DNA of 64,000 nt from Acidobacteriota bacterium (GTDB lineage Bacteria; Acidobacteriota; UBA890; WLXD01). The notes beneath the pieces are model-generated. The model did no database searches and was not told the DNA's origin. It saw only the letters and a list, made by a program, of their open reading frames with translations. Shown here piece by piece: positions 10,336 through 20,701 of the stretch. The DNA lies in NCBI GenBank assembly GCA_965205505.1, contig CBDBHB010000009.1, forward strand, positions 1,248,001 through 1,312,000. Reading direction: 5' to 3'. Position 1 is the stretch's first letter. Every line of letters starts with the position of its first letter. The translations under genes were made by a program, and so were the position numbers.

Positions 10336-10749
10336 TCAATTCTCAGATTTGGGGGTTGCCGCCGCGCGCAGTGGCGCGTCCGGATCGTAGGAGCCGATCT
10401 TCGCTTGCGACGCCACGAGGAGCTCGAGGTATCCGCGCCGTTGCTCCGCTGTCATCGCCTCCAACACTTTCAGCTGGTCGTTGAGCAGCTTTTCGAGCTC
10501 CTCCAGGAAGCTCGACTTGCTGATCAGCAGGCTGTCCGGACCCATGGTCAGATCCGCCACGACCAAGGCGAAGTCGATCACCACGGAATCGGAGATCTTG
10601 GCTTCGGGGTTGCGGACGAAACCCGGCAACTGGATGTTCCGCATCACCTCTCGGAGGCGTTCAATCAGCTCGGCGCATTGGAGTCGTACCGCAATTCTCT
10701 GGGTCTGTGACGTCAACTGTATCCTCCTCGTTACATAGTATGGTAACAT
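10336..10749 (-). CDS. Hypothetical protein upstream of the excisionase
   Basis: 137-aa helical ORF co-oriented with the xis-like and primase genes. No recognised motif. Confidence 0.5.
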   Translation of the reverse strand: MLPYYVTRRIQLTSQTQRIAVRLQCAELIERLREVMRNIQLPGFVRNPEAKISDSVVIDFALVVADLTMGPDSLLISKSSFLEELEKLLNDQLKVLEAMTAEQRRGYLELLVASQAKIGSYDPDAPLRAAATPKSEN

Positions 10750-11009
10750 TTGTTACATGTCAGAGTATATACTGATGTCGATCATGATACAAAAAAGATC
10801 GATCCGTCCAGAAAATAGACCAACAAGCTCACTAGTGTACGTCTCCGGGGTCCTGATGCGGCGCTGCCACCTCCACAAGCTATGCAAACGTGCTGGAGCA
10901 GTTGCCCCGCCGTATCCAGCGCTGGTCCACATCGAGGCCTGGTTGGCGAGCCGCCCGACAGCCGTGCCGTACGGCAATCAGCGTTCTTCCTCACCGCCAG
11001 CGGCGTGAC

Positions 11010-11315
11010 ATGGCGAGCGCGGAGCAGATCGTCCGCGCGCTCGCGGGTCGATGCAGCGGACATGGCGGCATGTGCCGTTGCCCGGCGCACAAGGACCGCA
11101 ACGTGAGTCTGAGCGCGACAGAGCGCGACGGGCAGGTGCTGTTGCACTGTCACGCCGGATGCATGCAGGAGGCGGTCCTGGAGGCCCTCACGGCCCGGAG
11201 TCTGGGCATCCGCCGCCACCCCGAGCTCGGCAGGCCAGCGCACACGTGGCCCTACCACGACGCTGAGGATGACCTTGTGGGCTGGATCCAGGTGCGCCGG
11301 GAGCGCGCGTCATGA
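11010..11315 (+). CDS. Primase-type zinc-binding domain protein (possibly truncated)
   Basis: CRCPAHKDRNVSLS...LLHCHAGC zinc finger. ATGA overlap with the downstream helicase. Confidence 0.7.
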   Translation: MASAEQIVRALAGRCSGHGGMCRCPAHKDRNVSLSATERDGQVLLHCHAGCMQEAVLEALTARSLGIRRHPELGRPAHTWPYHDAEDDLVGWIQVRRERAS

Positions 11316-13084
11316 GCGAGCCACCGATCACGGCCGACCAGATCCCGTGGGGTCAGCAAGTCAACTCGACTCGCGACCGGTCGCTGAAGGCGCGGATCGA
11401 GCGATCGATCAAAACCGGCGACGAGCTGGAACCGACCGACCGGCACCTGGCTGCCTTGCTCGAGCTGATCGACCGGGACAAGGATATCGAGCGCGGCGGC
11501 GGGCGCGACACGAGGCAGCGGCTCGATACTTTGGCCGAAGCCAGGCCGCACCTGGGGGCGCTCGACAACGTTAGTTATTCGGTGATCCATGGAGAGCTGG
11601 CTAAGGCGCTCGGGATCAACCGAACGCAGCTGAAGGACATCAGGGCCACCGAGAGGAGCAGAGTCTCTCGCAACGGCGCCAGCGCAGTTGCCATCAACCT
11701 GAGCGACGACATCGACCTGACGGACGACGGCCTCGCTTTGGAGCTCGGCGACAGATGGCCTGACGCTCGGCACGTGGCGGCCTGGAATCAATGGCTGTTC
11801 TTCAAAGAATCGCGGTGGGTCGTGGACAAATGCCTTGAGCACATGACGCGCGTCCGGGATTTCCTGCGGGAAAAGGTGGAAGCCCTCCAAGAGTGGGCTG
11901 AGAAGAAGGCTGAGAGCCTGGACGGTGAGGCACGCAAGAAGTTCCTGCGCTGGGTCGGAAACAAGCCTGACAAGTTGCGGAGTGCTCAAACCGTCAGGCA
12001 GGTGGTGGGTCTCGCGCGGAGCAACGATGCCCAGGCCGCGCAAGTAGCGCAGTGGGATCGCGATCCCTGGCTGCTGGGCACGCCGGGCGGCACCGTCGAC
12101 CTCCGAACGGGGGAAGTCCGCGATGGGAGCCCGGAGGACTACATAACGAAGGCGACGGCCGTGGTGCCCGCACCCCAGGGAACGCCGACGCCGCCTCGAT
12201 GGGCCGCCTTCCTGGAGCGCATCATGGGCGGCAACGAGGAACAGGTTGGCTACATGCAGCGGTTCGCTGGCTACGCCCTGACAGGGAGCATCCGGGAGCA
12301 CGCCTTTGTCTTCGGCCACGGCACCGGCGCGAATGGGAAGGGCGTGTTCACAGGAACGCTCCAGGGTGTGCTCGGCGACTACGCGCTGACCGTGCCCACG
12401 GAGATGCTCATGGTCACGCGGGGCGAACATCACCCGACGGAGTTGGCCCGGTTGCGTGGCGTCCGCCTGGCGATCGGGTCGGAGACAGAGGTAGGCAGGA
12501 CCTGGGCGGAGGCACGCATCAAGTCCTTGACCGGTGGTGATCGGATCGCGGCGCGCTTCATGCGCCAGGACTTCTTCGAGTTTGACCCGGAGTTCAAGCT
12601 GTTCGTGGTCGGCAACCACACGCCGTCTTTGCGTGGCGTGGACGAAGCGATCCGCCGCCGTCTGCACCTGTTGCCGTTTACCGTCAACATCCCTGCCGCA
12701 GAACAGGACCCGAAGCTGTCGATGAAGCTCAAGGAAGAGTGGCCGGGCATCCTGCGGTGGGCAATCGACGGCTGCCTCCAGTGGCAGCGAAAAGGCCTGA
12801 GTCCGCCGCCATCGGTTCTCGAGGCCACCGACCAGTACTTGATGGCCGAGGACGCCGTTGGCCGGTGGCTCGAAGAGTGCACACGCAAGGGTGCGAATGG
12901 GTTCAGCTCTTCCCGAGACCTCTTTGACAGCTGGAAGCAGTGGGCCGAGGCCAACGGCGAGTACGTGATCTCCAAGAAGCGCCTCGGGCAAGAACTCACC
13001 GCCCGTCGCTACAACTCCCGCCGGCAACCGGGCGGCGGCGCCCGCGGGTACGTCAGTCTAACGCTCCTACAGGGGCTGTCATGA
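11312..13084 (+). CDS. Phage/plasmid P4-family primase, D5-like SF3 helicase
   Basis: D5_N (WDRDPWLLGTPGGTVDLRTG..YITK), GTGANGKGVF Walker A, IKSLTGGDRIAARFMRQDFFEF, DEAIRRRL. Confidence 0.92.
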   Translation: MSEPPITADQIPWGQQVNSTRDRSLKARIERSIKTGDELEPTDRHLAALLELIDRDKDIERGGGRDTRQRLDTLAEARPHLGALDNVSYSVIHGELAKALGINRTQLKDIRATERSRVSRNGASAVAINLSDDIDLTDDGLALELGDRWPDARHVAAWNQWLFFKESRWVVDKCLEHMTRVRDFLREKVEALQEWAEKKAESLDGEARKKFLRWVGNKPDKLRSAQTVRQVVGLARSNDAQAAQVAQWDRDPWLLGTPGGTVDLRTGEVRDGSPEDYITKATAVVPAPQGTPTPPRWAAFLERIMGGNEEQVGYMQRFAGYALTGSIREHAFVFGHGTGANGKGVFTGTLQGVLGDYALTVPTEMLMVTRGEHHPTELARLRGVRLAIGSETEVGRTWAEARIKSLTGGDRIAARFMRQDFFEFDPEFKLFVVGNHTPSLRGVDEAIRRRLHLLPFTVNIPAAEQDPKLSMKLKEEWPGILRWAIDGCLQWQRKGLSPPPSVLEATDQYLMAEDAVGRWLEECTRKGANGFSSSRDLFDSWKQWAEANGEYVISKKRLGQELTARRYNSRRQPGGGARGYVSLTLLQGLS

Positions 13085-13087
13085 TCG

Positions 13088-13199
13088 CCCTGTACCACAT
13101 GTACCGCGTGTCCCTATTTTGGACGTATAGAGTTATCCGTGTAGCGCCCACGCGCCCGCTACGTCCTAAAGGGAAAGTCGCGGTACACGTGGTACGGGG
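13088..13199. repeat. Long imperfect inverted repeat after the D5 helicase (putative origin)
   Basis: ccctgtaccacatgtaccgcg..tccctattttggacgta paired with tacgtcctaaaggga..cgcggtacacgtggtacgggg. Confidence 0.6.
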
Positions 13200-13457
13200 T
13201 GCTCGGCGGGCGCCCGTCCGGCCTGGAGCGATAGTGCACGGATCTGCAGCTGAGCACGGCGGACCTGGCGAATGCGCTCGGGGTGCCCCTCGACACGGTG
13301 TTCGTCGAGTGGAGGCCATCGTGACAGTCGACGAGGTCGGCCCGTGGGTGCCGTGGGTTCTTCCGCAGCGTCGCCCTGAACGGGCGTCCGTTTTCCGCAA
13401 GTACCGCTAGTTTGTGGGCGTTCTGTGGGGGGGAGTATCGTCAGAAATGGTGGTCAG

Positions 13458-14098
13458 ATGAGCACTGACGGCGAGCTGCTCGTGACGCGGCGCCAGCTGT
13501 GCGCGATCTACGACCGAAGCGACTGGACGATCTTCCGGTGGGCGACCGGTTGTCCTGGCGAGCGGCGCCAGCCTCGGCGCCCGATGCTGTATGACCTGGT
13601 TGCTGTGGGCGGCTTGGCGCTGTGAGAGGCGCGCGGCGCTCGTTTGCCGAGAGGGAAACCGGAACCGTCGACGAGCTCGCACCGATGCGTCTGGCGCTAG
13701 TGGCGGCGGCGACCCCGAAGGCCCGCGAGTCGGAAGCGCCGGCGAAGCTGACCGAGCAGACGTACCGCCAGCGCGCCGGCGAGCGCCAGGTCCTCGTCCT
13801 TCCTTGCCGGCGAGCGCGACCAGGACCTCGCGCACCGCGCGCTCCAACTCGTTGCCGAGGCCGCTCTTACCGCCGCGATCGTACGTCAGCGCCAGGTGGT
13901 CGAGGATCGTGGCCGACCAGCTCAGCAGCCGCGTCCGCACCGCGACAATGTGTCCGGCCCATCGAGGCCGTGATCTACTTCGAAGGCCTGCTCGAGGCCA
14001 CCTTCGAGCCCGCAACTACGCACAGGGTCCGTGAGCAGCGGGGCAACCGGGAGATCACGCGCGAGGCGCTGCTGGTCGGCGTTATCGTGTCCAGGTAG
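13458..14098 (+). pseudogene. Lambda Nu1-like terminase small subunit, frameshifted
   Basis: LVTRRQLCAIYDRSDWTIFRW..GCP...LYDLVAV resembles the Nu1 winged HTH. It continues in other frames. Confidence 0.5.
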
Positions 14099-14642
14099 AC
14101 GGCCCCACGGGGAGCAGGTCAGGTGCACCTAACAACAGGTGCACGGGGTAGGGGTACGGGTATCCGCAAGGAATCCCGTTCCGATCCGAGGACCACTCTA
14201 AGGGCTTTTCTTCGCTAAACCGCGTGTTAAAAAGATTCCAAAAAGCCTTATGTTAACTTTTGTAGTGTTTCGTAGCGTATGAACATGCTTCATTTGTGAC
14301 CCCTGAGTTGTATATACGTGGTCATTGATCTTGAGGAAAGTAATCACAGCGATGTACCACACAATGTCCGCTTGTTAAATACAATGCCTCGAAGCCCACG
14401 AAGCAGAATCGGAACGCTCCAGCGAAGTTGGGACGACTATTACGAGCCGCAGGTCGGGATCAGTGCCGATAGCGCTCGTTACGTCAGGCATCGCGCCGCA
14501 CGCAGCTTTACCGAATGCCTGGCGCGGATGTTCCCACTCGTCGAGTTCCGGGGTCGCAGTCTTCCTGACCCAAACCCCGAAAACGGTGCCAGGTTGATGT
14601 TTAGGAAATCGGTGTACCGTCGTCCTCCAAGCAGGAGGACAG

Positions 14643-14909
14643 ATGAAGCGGAAGAGGTACACGGACGAGCAGATCGCCTACGCGCTGCGGCAGGCTGAGG
14701 CGGGCACGCCGATCAAGGAGGTGTGTCGCAAGCTGGGCGTCAGCGAGCAGACGTTCTACACGTGGCGCCGCAAGTTCGCCGGGATGGGCGTGGCCGAACT
14801 TCGGGAGCTACGACAACTCCGCCATGAGAACCGGAAGTTGAAGCAGCTGGTGGCAGATCTGAGCTTGGACAAGCACATGCTCCAGGAGGTGCTGTCAAAA
14901 AAGGTGTGA
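14643..14909 (+). CDS. IS3 transposase OrfA
   Basis: [47 protein letters not shown]6G slippery site at 14897-14903. Confidence 0.93.
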   Translation: MKRKRYTDEQIAYALRQAEAGTPIKEVCRKLGVSEQTFYTWRRKFAGMGVAELRELRQLRHENRKLKQLVADLSLDKHMLQEVLSKKV

Positions 14910-15760
14910 AGCCGGCGCGCAAGCGCGAGGTGGTGCGGTACCTGCAGGACGGGTTCCGTGTCAGTGAGCGTCGAGCGTGTCGGCTGATCGAGTTGTCGCG
15001 CACCAGCCATCGGTATCAGAGCACAAGGACGGACGACCCCGTGCTGCGGCGTCGTCTTGGCGAGCTCGCCGCGGCGCGTCCGCGGTTCGGGTATCGGAGG
15101 TTGTGCGTGTTGCTACGCCGCGAGGGATGGGTAGTGAACCAGAAGCGCGTGTATCGGATCTATCGAGAGGAGGGGCTGGAGGTACGGACCAAAAAGCGAC
15201 GGCGCAAGCGGGCGAGTCACATACGGCTTGTGCTGCCGCCCGCAGAGCGGCCCAACGAGCGCTGGAGCATGGACTTCGTGACCGATCGGCTCGAGAGTGG
15301 CCGGCCGTTTCGGGTGCTGACGGTGGTCGATCAGTTTAGCCGTGAATGTCCGTTACTTGAGCCGGGCGTGTCGATGACCGGCAAGGCGGTGGCTGGAGCA
15401 CTCGAGCGGCTGTCGTTTGCCGGGCCGTTGCCACGGGTCATCACCGTCGATAATGGCTCAGAATTCTACTCCCAGGCGATGGACTCCTGGGCGTACCGAA
15501 GAGGCGTGCAGTTGGAGTTCATTCGGCCGGGAAAGCCCGTGGAGAATGCGTTCATCGAGAGTTTCAACGGACGGCTTCGCGACGAATGCCTCAACGCCAA
15601 CCTGTTCTTCTCGATCGATGACGCGCGCCGAAAACTGGAGGCTTGGAGGCTTGATTACAATACCCACAGACCACACAGCTCACTGAACGATCGAACTCCT
15701 ACGGAGTTCGCCAGGGGCTGGCAACCGGAGGCTTCGGAACACCGAATCCTAAACCTCTGA
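14906..15760 (+). CDS. IS3 transposase OrfB (rve DDE)
   Basis: [47 protein letters not shown]. Confidence 0.95.
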   Translation: MKPARKREVVRYLQDGFRVSERRACRLIELSRTSHRYQSTRTDDPVLRRRLGELAAARPRFGYRRLCVLLRREGWVVNQKRVYRIYREEGLEVRTKKRRRKRASHIRLVLPPAERPNERWSMDFVTDRLESGRPFRVLTVVDQFSRECPLLEPGVSMTGKAVAGALERLSFAGPLPRVITVDNGSEFYSQAMDSWAYRRGVQLEFIRPGKPVENAFIESFNGRLRDECLNANLFFSIDDARRKLEAWRLDYNTHRPHSSLNDRTPTEFARGWQPEASEHRILNL

Positions 15761-16096
15761 CTGGTACTGATTTCGGGGTGGGGTCAAGCACCGAGTTACT
15801 GAGATTAGACGTGGTACTAACCGTGGGGTCAGGTCATTCCCATCCAGAACGAGGGCGGAGTGTTGCGGGACTTGGAGCACTTGCTGGATCGCATCCTGAA
15901 TGACCAGGTGATCATTGCGCAGGCACGGCAGGGCGAGCGGCCAAGACAATTGCCATCAAGTTCGCACCCCTGCTTCACGAGGTCGAACCGGCGCGCAGCG
16001 AATGGCGAGCGCAAGTGACCTGCTAGTTTTCTCGTGTGCCCGGCTGGAGCTGGTCATCTCGACCTACTTGCCCAGGGCCGCTTCTGACTCCAGTCA

Positions 16097-17035
16097 CTAC
16101 GATTGCGCCCACAGGGTTGGCTTGAAGGTAGCCACCTGATCGAGCATCCGCTCCTTCTGGCCGGGCGTGAAGCGCTCCGTACAGGCGTCTGGTGAGTAGT
16201 CCATGAAGTTGGTGATCGGGTCCACTCCGAGATCGTCCGGGCAGGTGTCGCGGCCGATTACGCAACGGAATGACGGCCTGGCCTCCCGTGGCGTGTCCGC
16301 AACCCGATCGCCCTTGCCGGTGCAGCCATCTCGGAACGTGTGGGAAAGGCCCAGATAGTGCCCCACCTCGTGCACGAGTAGATCGCCCTCGTCGTAGGGA
16401 CTTGCACCGCCGCCCGGGAAAAATGCGTAATGAACCACCGCCCCGTGCAGGTAATGATCCTCCGGCCTGCTCTGCGGCAACCGTGCATAGCCCCCCTGCC
16501 TTGCTCTGCAGCTGTACACGTTGAGCGTTGTCGGCGGGTCGATGGCGTGCTTCCGCTTGAAGCGTCTTTCGGCGGGGTAGTTTCCGCACTTGCGGGCGAA
16601 CTTGTTGTCGTTGTAGCGAATCAGCTGCCGCAGCGAGAACTTGAATCCCTTGCTCTTGAACGCGTCGTTGAGCACGTCGAGCTGCTGTCGCACCTGCTGA
16701 TCGGTGACATTGAACTGCTTGCCCTTTCTGGCGCGGACGATATGGAAAACAATCGGGATGTTGATCTTGCCCCGGGGCTGAAAGTCACCGCGAAGCCTTC
16801 GGTTCGCCTCGACAAGCTGGTCCACTAACATCGCTTCCGCCTCGTAAACCGGGCGCGTTGCACAGAGAACGCCCGCCTGCCTGCCGCCGTTGCCATCGGC
16901 AAACTCGATATCCGGTGCAAGTTGGGTGCGATCCCAGGCCTCGATAGCTGCAGGCGGACTCTGTGCCCCCGGCGCGCCCGCCATGGCGAGTAGCGCGAAC
17001 GCCACGCCGGCGACGATTCGATACGGCACTTTCAT
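16097..17035 (-). CDS. Secreted zinc metalloprotease, peptidase M43 (pappalysin/ulilysin-like)
   Basis: Signal peptide, IPIVFHIV, HEVGHYLGLSHTF zinc motif, NFMDYS Met-turn, FTPGQKERM. Confidence 0.9.
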   Translation of the reverse strand: MKVPYRIVAGVAFALLAMAGAPGAQSPPAAIEAWDRTQLAPDIEFADGNGGRQAGVLCATRPVYEAEAMLVDQLVEANRRLRGDFQPRGKINIPIVFHIVRARKGKQFNVTDQQVRQQLDVLNDAFKSKGFKFSLRQLIRYNDNKFARKCGNYPAERRFKRKHAIDPPTTLNVYSCRARQGGYARLPQSRPEDHYLHGAVVHYAFFPGGGASPYDEGDLLVHEVGHYLGLSHTFRDGCTGKGDRVADTPREARPSFRCVIGRDTCPDDLGVDPITNFMDYSPDACTERFTPGQKERMLDQVATFKPTLWAQS

Positions 17036-17129
17036 GGCAACGTCTTGTCTTGTGACCAGTTCTAAGGGTGGCCCAGGGTTGAATGGTTGATTCGTGTTCG
17101 GTCTTGGAGGGAGCTGGTGCCACTACTAC

Positions 17130-18233
17130 CTACTCTGGGATCTCAAAGCCACTATCCGTGAAGAATGGCACGTCGATCTCCCTTAGACCAAACGCTCGAT
17201 AGATGTACGAAAGAAGCTGGCGAGCCGTGTCATCCGTGATATCGGTCGTTCGCACTCGAACGCGTAGACTCCGGAAGTGTGATCCAGGGTAAGTGCCAAA
17301 ACGTATCGGGGCGTAGAAGCCCATGGTTCCGGGCTGGCCCGGAATGAGTTGGAGCTGGGTTGCGTTCCGAATAACACAGACCAGCTGCAGACCGGTGAGG
17401 CTTCGGGAAGGATCGGGCCCGCCTGTCTGGACCGTCCATCCCACGCGGCGTCCGCCTGGGGACCTCATAGCCTCGCGAAACGCATCTTCATCTACTGCTA
17501 AGAGCCCTCGTCGAGGCTGAACGGCCGTCGCACCTAACCAGAAGAACGGAACGGCACCCACGTCATTGGCAACCCGTCGTTCCAGTTCTCTCGCGAGCAC
17601 CTCGCCGTGATTGATCTCCAGTACGACTGTCTCGAAGCTGTCTGCATCCTGCAGCAGCTGCTCCTCCTCTTCTCGAGCGAGTCGGATCGTTAGCGTCGAC
17701 AGCCGACCCTCGATCCCCTCAAGAGATCGACCTACAAAATCCCCGCGGAACGCTGAGCGGATTTCGTCCCTCGTCATTTCGCGCTTGCCAGCTTCATGCC
17801 GAATCACGAACACCGTAGAGCGCTCAAACGTGACCATGTGAGGAGTATCGGGGCTCTGCGGATATCTGATGGCGACAACATCATGGCCATCGACTCGCCG
17901 GGCCCTAACCTCAAGACCCCCTATACGGGGGCTAATGTGGTCGAGACAAAGATCGCTGACGCTGCGGACAAGCGCGTTGGGGTCAGGAATCGCATCTGCT
18001 TCAAATGTCTGCGCTCGACCCTGACCGTCGTCCCTGAGCCCGACGAAAAGATAGCCTCCACCCCCGTTCGCTAGTGAAGCTACGTCTCTGAGCAGCTCCA
18101 TGCGGTCGGTCGACGAGCTGTGGTTCAACCGGGCCTTGTATTCAAGGTGTTGGCGTTCGCATACGTGATCGCGAACCAGGCGAGCGATCTCGTCGTCTTC
18201 GATGTTGTCGAGCGACCGAGCCTCGAAGACCAA
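17130..18233 (-). CDS. Schlafen/AlbA_2 domain protein
   Basis: ERQHLEYK..ELLRDVASLANGGGGYLFVGLRD N-terminal domain followed by an unknown C-terminal domain. Confidence 0.82.
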   Translation of the reverse strand: MVFEARSLDNIEDDEIARLVRDHVCERQHLEYKARLNHSSSTDRMELLRDVASLANGGGGYLFVGLRDDGQGRAQTFEADAIPDPNALVRSVSDLCLDHISPRIGGLEVRARRVDGHDVVAIRYPQSPDTPHMVTFERSTVFVIRHEAGKREMTRDEIRSAFRGDFVGRSLEGIEGRLSTLTIRLAREEEEQLLQDADSFETVVLEINHGEVLARELERRVANDVGAVPFFWLGATAVQPRRGLLAVDEDAFREAMRSPGGRRVGWTVQTGGPDPSRSLTGLQLVCVIRNATQLQLIPGQPGTMGFYAPIRFGTYPGSHFRSLRVRVRTTDITDDTARQLLSYIYRAFGLREIDVPFFTDSGFEIPE

Positions 18234-18394
18234 CTTGAGAACTCCGTGGGTTTCAGCGGCGGAGAGCGAACGGACTCGCGCAGAGCGGAGTCGACCTATA
18301 GCGTGGACGAGGTGATTCCAGCGTCGTCTGCTCGTTCAAGACGTGTGTCACAATGCTGCGCATGACTCGCCGAGATGAGCCCTGCTTAGAAACA

Positions 18395-18700
18395 ATGCCT
18401 AATCCCGGCAAGCCTGACCCGTACCGCGTGGTTTTGGAGCAGCTCAAGCGCCATCCGATCAAGAAATGGGCCTACTCCGAGGCTGGAATCTCGCGGCAAT
18501 CGTTCTACGCGAAGATGGACAGAGACCCGGACTTGCGCGGTGCGGGTTTAGGCGGGCGATGGCGATAGGGCAGAGGAAGCTAACTCCGCACACGTCACCG
18601 GAGAGTATCCTCGCTTGGTCGGATCCCGAGACGTTTTCCCTGCGGCGCGAGCACAAGGTGGGAACGTCAAGCCGCTACACGATCGTCGTCAGCGATCATA
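18395..18700 (+). pseudogene. HTH remnant resembling a phage small terminase
   Basis: AYSEAGISRQSFYAKMDRDPDL. Frame breaks afterwards. Confidence 0.4.
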
Positions 18701-18796
18701 GGGATCCCGGGGGCTTACAGGCGACGTGGGGGACAACACTCCACGAGATTGACGCAAGCCCTCTGCCGGGGTCGCTCCACTCGACCGGCGCAGACT

Positions 18797-19411
18797 TCAC
18801 GACTGTCGAGCCTGGAACGCTTTCAGCAGCGGTGTCAGAACCGCTTCCATCCGGATCAGGCGCTCGACCATCCAGGCTCGGATTTCCGTGAGGTCGTCAT
18901 CGGATGATTGGATCGATCCGTGGCGGTAAACGGCGATACGACAGGCTCGTTTACCCTCAAGCTGTTCCCATTCCAGTGGCTCTCCAAGCTCGTCCTCGAG
19001 TTGTTCCCGCCGTGCGTGTAGCCAATCGAACAACGCCTGGTTTTCGCCTTCGTCGCCCCGGTCAATATAGAGTTCAACCCGCACTCGGTCGCCGAGGGTG
19101 AAGGCAGTCGCGTAGTTGATCCCCGAGAATCCAGACGCGAATGAGGACCAATTCTGGGGCTGGGCGCGACGCGCCCCGGTGAAACGGTGTTGTTCACGAA
19201 GCTCATCGATTAGCGGCTGGTAGAACGCTAGATACGCTTCGCCTCTGCGTGTGACGGTACGCTGTGCAGTGCGTTTTCTGCCTCTCTGCCACTCGTTGGG
19301 GAATACGACGAGCTTGAAGTTGTATGCAGGCTTGGAGTCGTCGATCTTGAGAACCTCGACAACGACGCCGAAGAAGCTCGTGTTGTCGTCGGTGCGCTCG
19401 TTGAGCCACTC
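18797..19411 (-). pseudogene. DUF4268 domain protein, 5'-truncated
   Basis: WLNERTD..FFGVVVEV.KIDDS.PA..F...PNEW, RVELYID, LEWEQLEGKRACRI. N-terminus replaced by unrelated DNA. Confidence 0.75.
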
Positions 19412-19748
19412 GACCCGACGCCGTCGACGCCGCTGGGGCTGACGGCGCGGGTGGCGCCGTCCTGGGGGCGGCCAGGCCACGAGCGGCGCCGAGACGCTGT
19501 GGGGCCGGGAGACGATGGCGGGGATGGCGCACGGAAGCGTCCCCTCCGGCAGCCGCTTCGTCGGGACGCCGCGAGTCGGCTTCGCGACCTCGGAGTACGG
19601 GCGAGACTACCGGCTGGGCTACAGCCTAGGGATGCTGGGCGGAGCGGGTCTGGACTTCGAGCTGGGCGTCGACGCGCAGCGTCGGGAAACCCCGATTACC
19701 AAGGGCGCCGACCACGGCCTGCTCGGGCGAGCCACGGTGCGCTGGTAA
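19410..19748 (+). pseudogene. C-terminal beta-barrel fragment of a large autotransporter-like surface protein
   Basis: DPTPSTPLGLTARVAPSWG/QATSGAETLWGRETM..GTPRVG..RDYRLGY..FELGVDAQRRE..ATVRW with terminal Trp. Contains a frameshift. Confidence 0.6.
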
Positions 19749-20326
19749 ACGTGACTCCAAGGGTGAACGCGGCGCCGCGAATGCGAGATCTCCTTGTCAG
19801 AATCGCCCACTGCCCGAATGTCCGGCGCTGTCTAAGCGGCACCGATTCAGGCCATCCTTGCTATGGCGTCGTTACCGCGCAGCGGGAGTTTCCTGGCCTG
19901 CACCTGCTTCAGTAGCGCGTGCAGGCGCCGGTACCGACGCACTCAGTAGCGGGTGGCGACGAAACGTCGCCACCGCTGGGGCGTTGCCTGAGCGCAGAGG
20001 AAGTATCCGGTGTTGTGCGATGCCGTTGTCGCTGAGCTCCGGCACCGGCCTGAGGTGCACAGCTTTCCTACTCAGTAGGCCCTCGCGCCTCGTTGCCAGT
20101 CGGCGGCGTAGATGATGTGGTTCGAGACTGATGCCGGGATCGGACGACTGCCGGCGACCGGGATCGCGCGCGGTCCAGTTCAACAGCGTCAGCGCGCGCC
20201 TCAAGCGGGCGGTATGGAGCGGAGCAATGCTTCGTTCGTGGCACGGGCTGCAGAGGGCGACGTCAAGGCGGTACGGCTCGGCCAGAGGATCTGGATAGAT
20301 CCCCAGCAGGAGCCTACAATATCTCC

Positions 20327-20701
20327 ATGACCAGCTTCCGGATTTTAGTGACGGTGCTCGCCGTGATTCACGCGGTGTTCGCAGGACTCACGGCCCTGGT
20401 TGGAGCATTCGCGAACGGTGGAGACGTTTGGCAACGGTTGCTGGTGATCCTCCTTCACCCTCTTGGCGCTGCGGGAGTGCTACTGCTCGTGTTGCGGCCC
20501 CGCCTCACCACGACGACGATCCTCGCCCTAGTGGCGCTCCTGACGGCGAACGTGATCGCCGACCTAGGCTTTGCGCAACTGATGGCCGCGGGCAGAGTGC
20601 TGGGAGATTGGGAGCTTGCGCTGACATTTTCGGTGGTTCCGGCGATCGGGATTGTCTACGCGCTGGCCCTGCTGCGCACGGCTCGCGGAATCGCCGGGTA
20701 A
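20327..20701 (+). CDS. Hypothetical four-helix membrane protein
   Basis: 124 aa with four hydrophobic segments, AGGAG upstream. Confidence 0.65.
   Translation: MTSFRILVTVLAVIHAVFAGLTALVGAFANGGDVWQRLLVILLHPLGAAGVLLLVLRPRLTTTTILALVALLTANVIADLGFAQLMAAGRVLGDWELALTFSVVPAIGIVYALALLRTARGIAG

Larger units (their letters stand above)
14566..15836 (+). mobile_element. IS3-family insertion sequence (IS407-like) with an extra 50-bp second right end
   Basis: IRL tgacccaaaccccgaaaacggtgccag, IRR ending 15786, second IS3-type end ending 15836. TSD ttcc at 14562-14565 and 15837-15840. Confidence 0.9.
14318..16018 (+). pseudogene. Hypothetical gene split by an IS3 insertion
   Basis: Removing 14566-15840 rejoins ...GRSLP|IQNEGGVLRDLEHLLDRILNDQ... 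in frame. Confidence 0.55.

Noticed and set aside
11252-13027. Long antisense ORFs (also 1644-2636, 44670-45989, 47058-48443, 29718-30749)
   Set aside because: Shadow ORFs of high-GC genes on the opposite strand, with no motifs.
14100-14317. Possible cos/pac site (gtgcacct-N6-aggtgcac hairpin, G-rich run)
   Set aside because: It does not match a cos sequence I can verify. It may simply be a terminator or promoter region.
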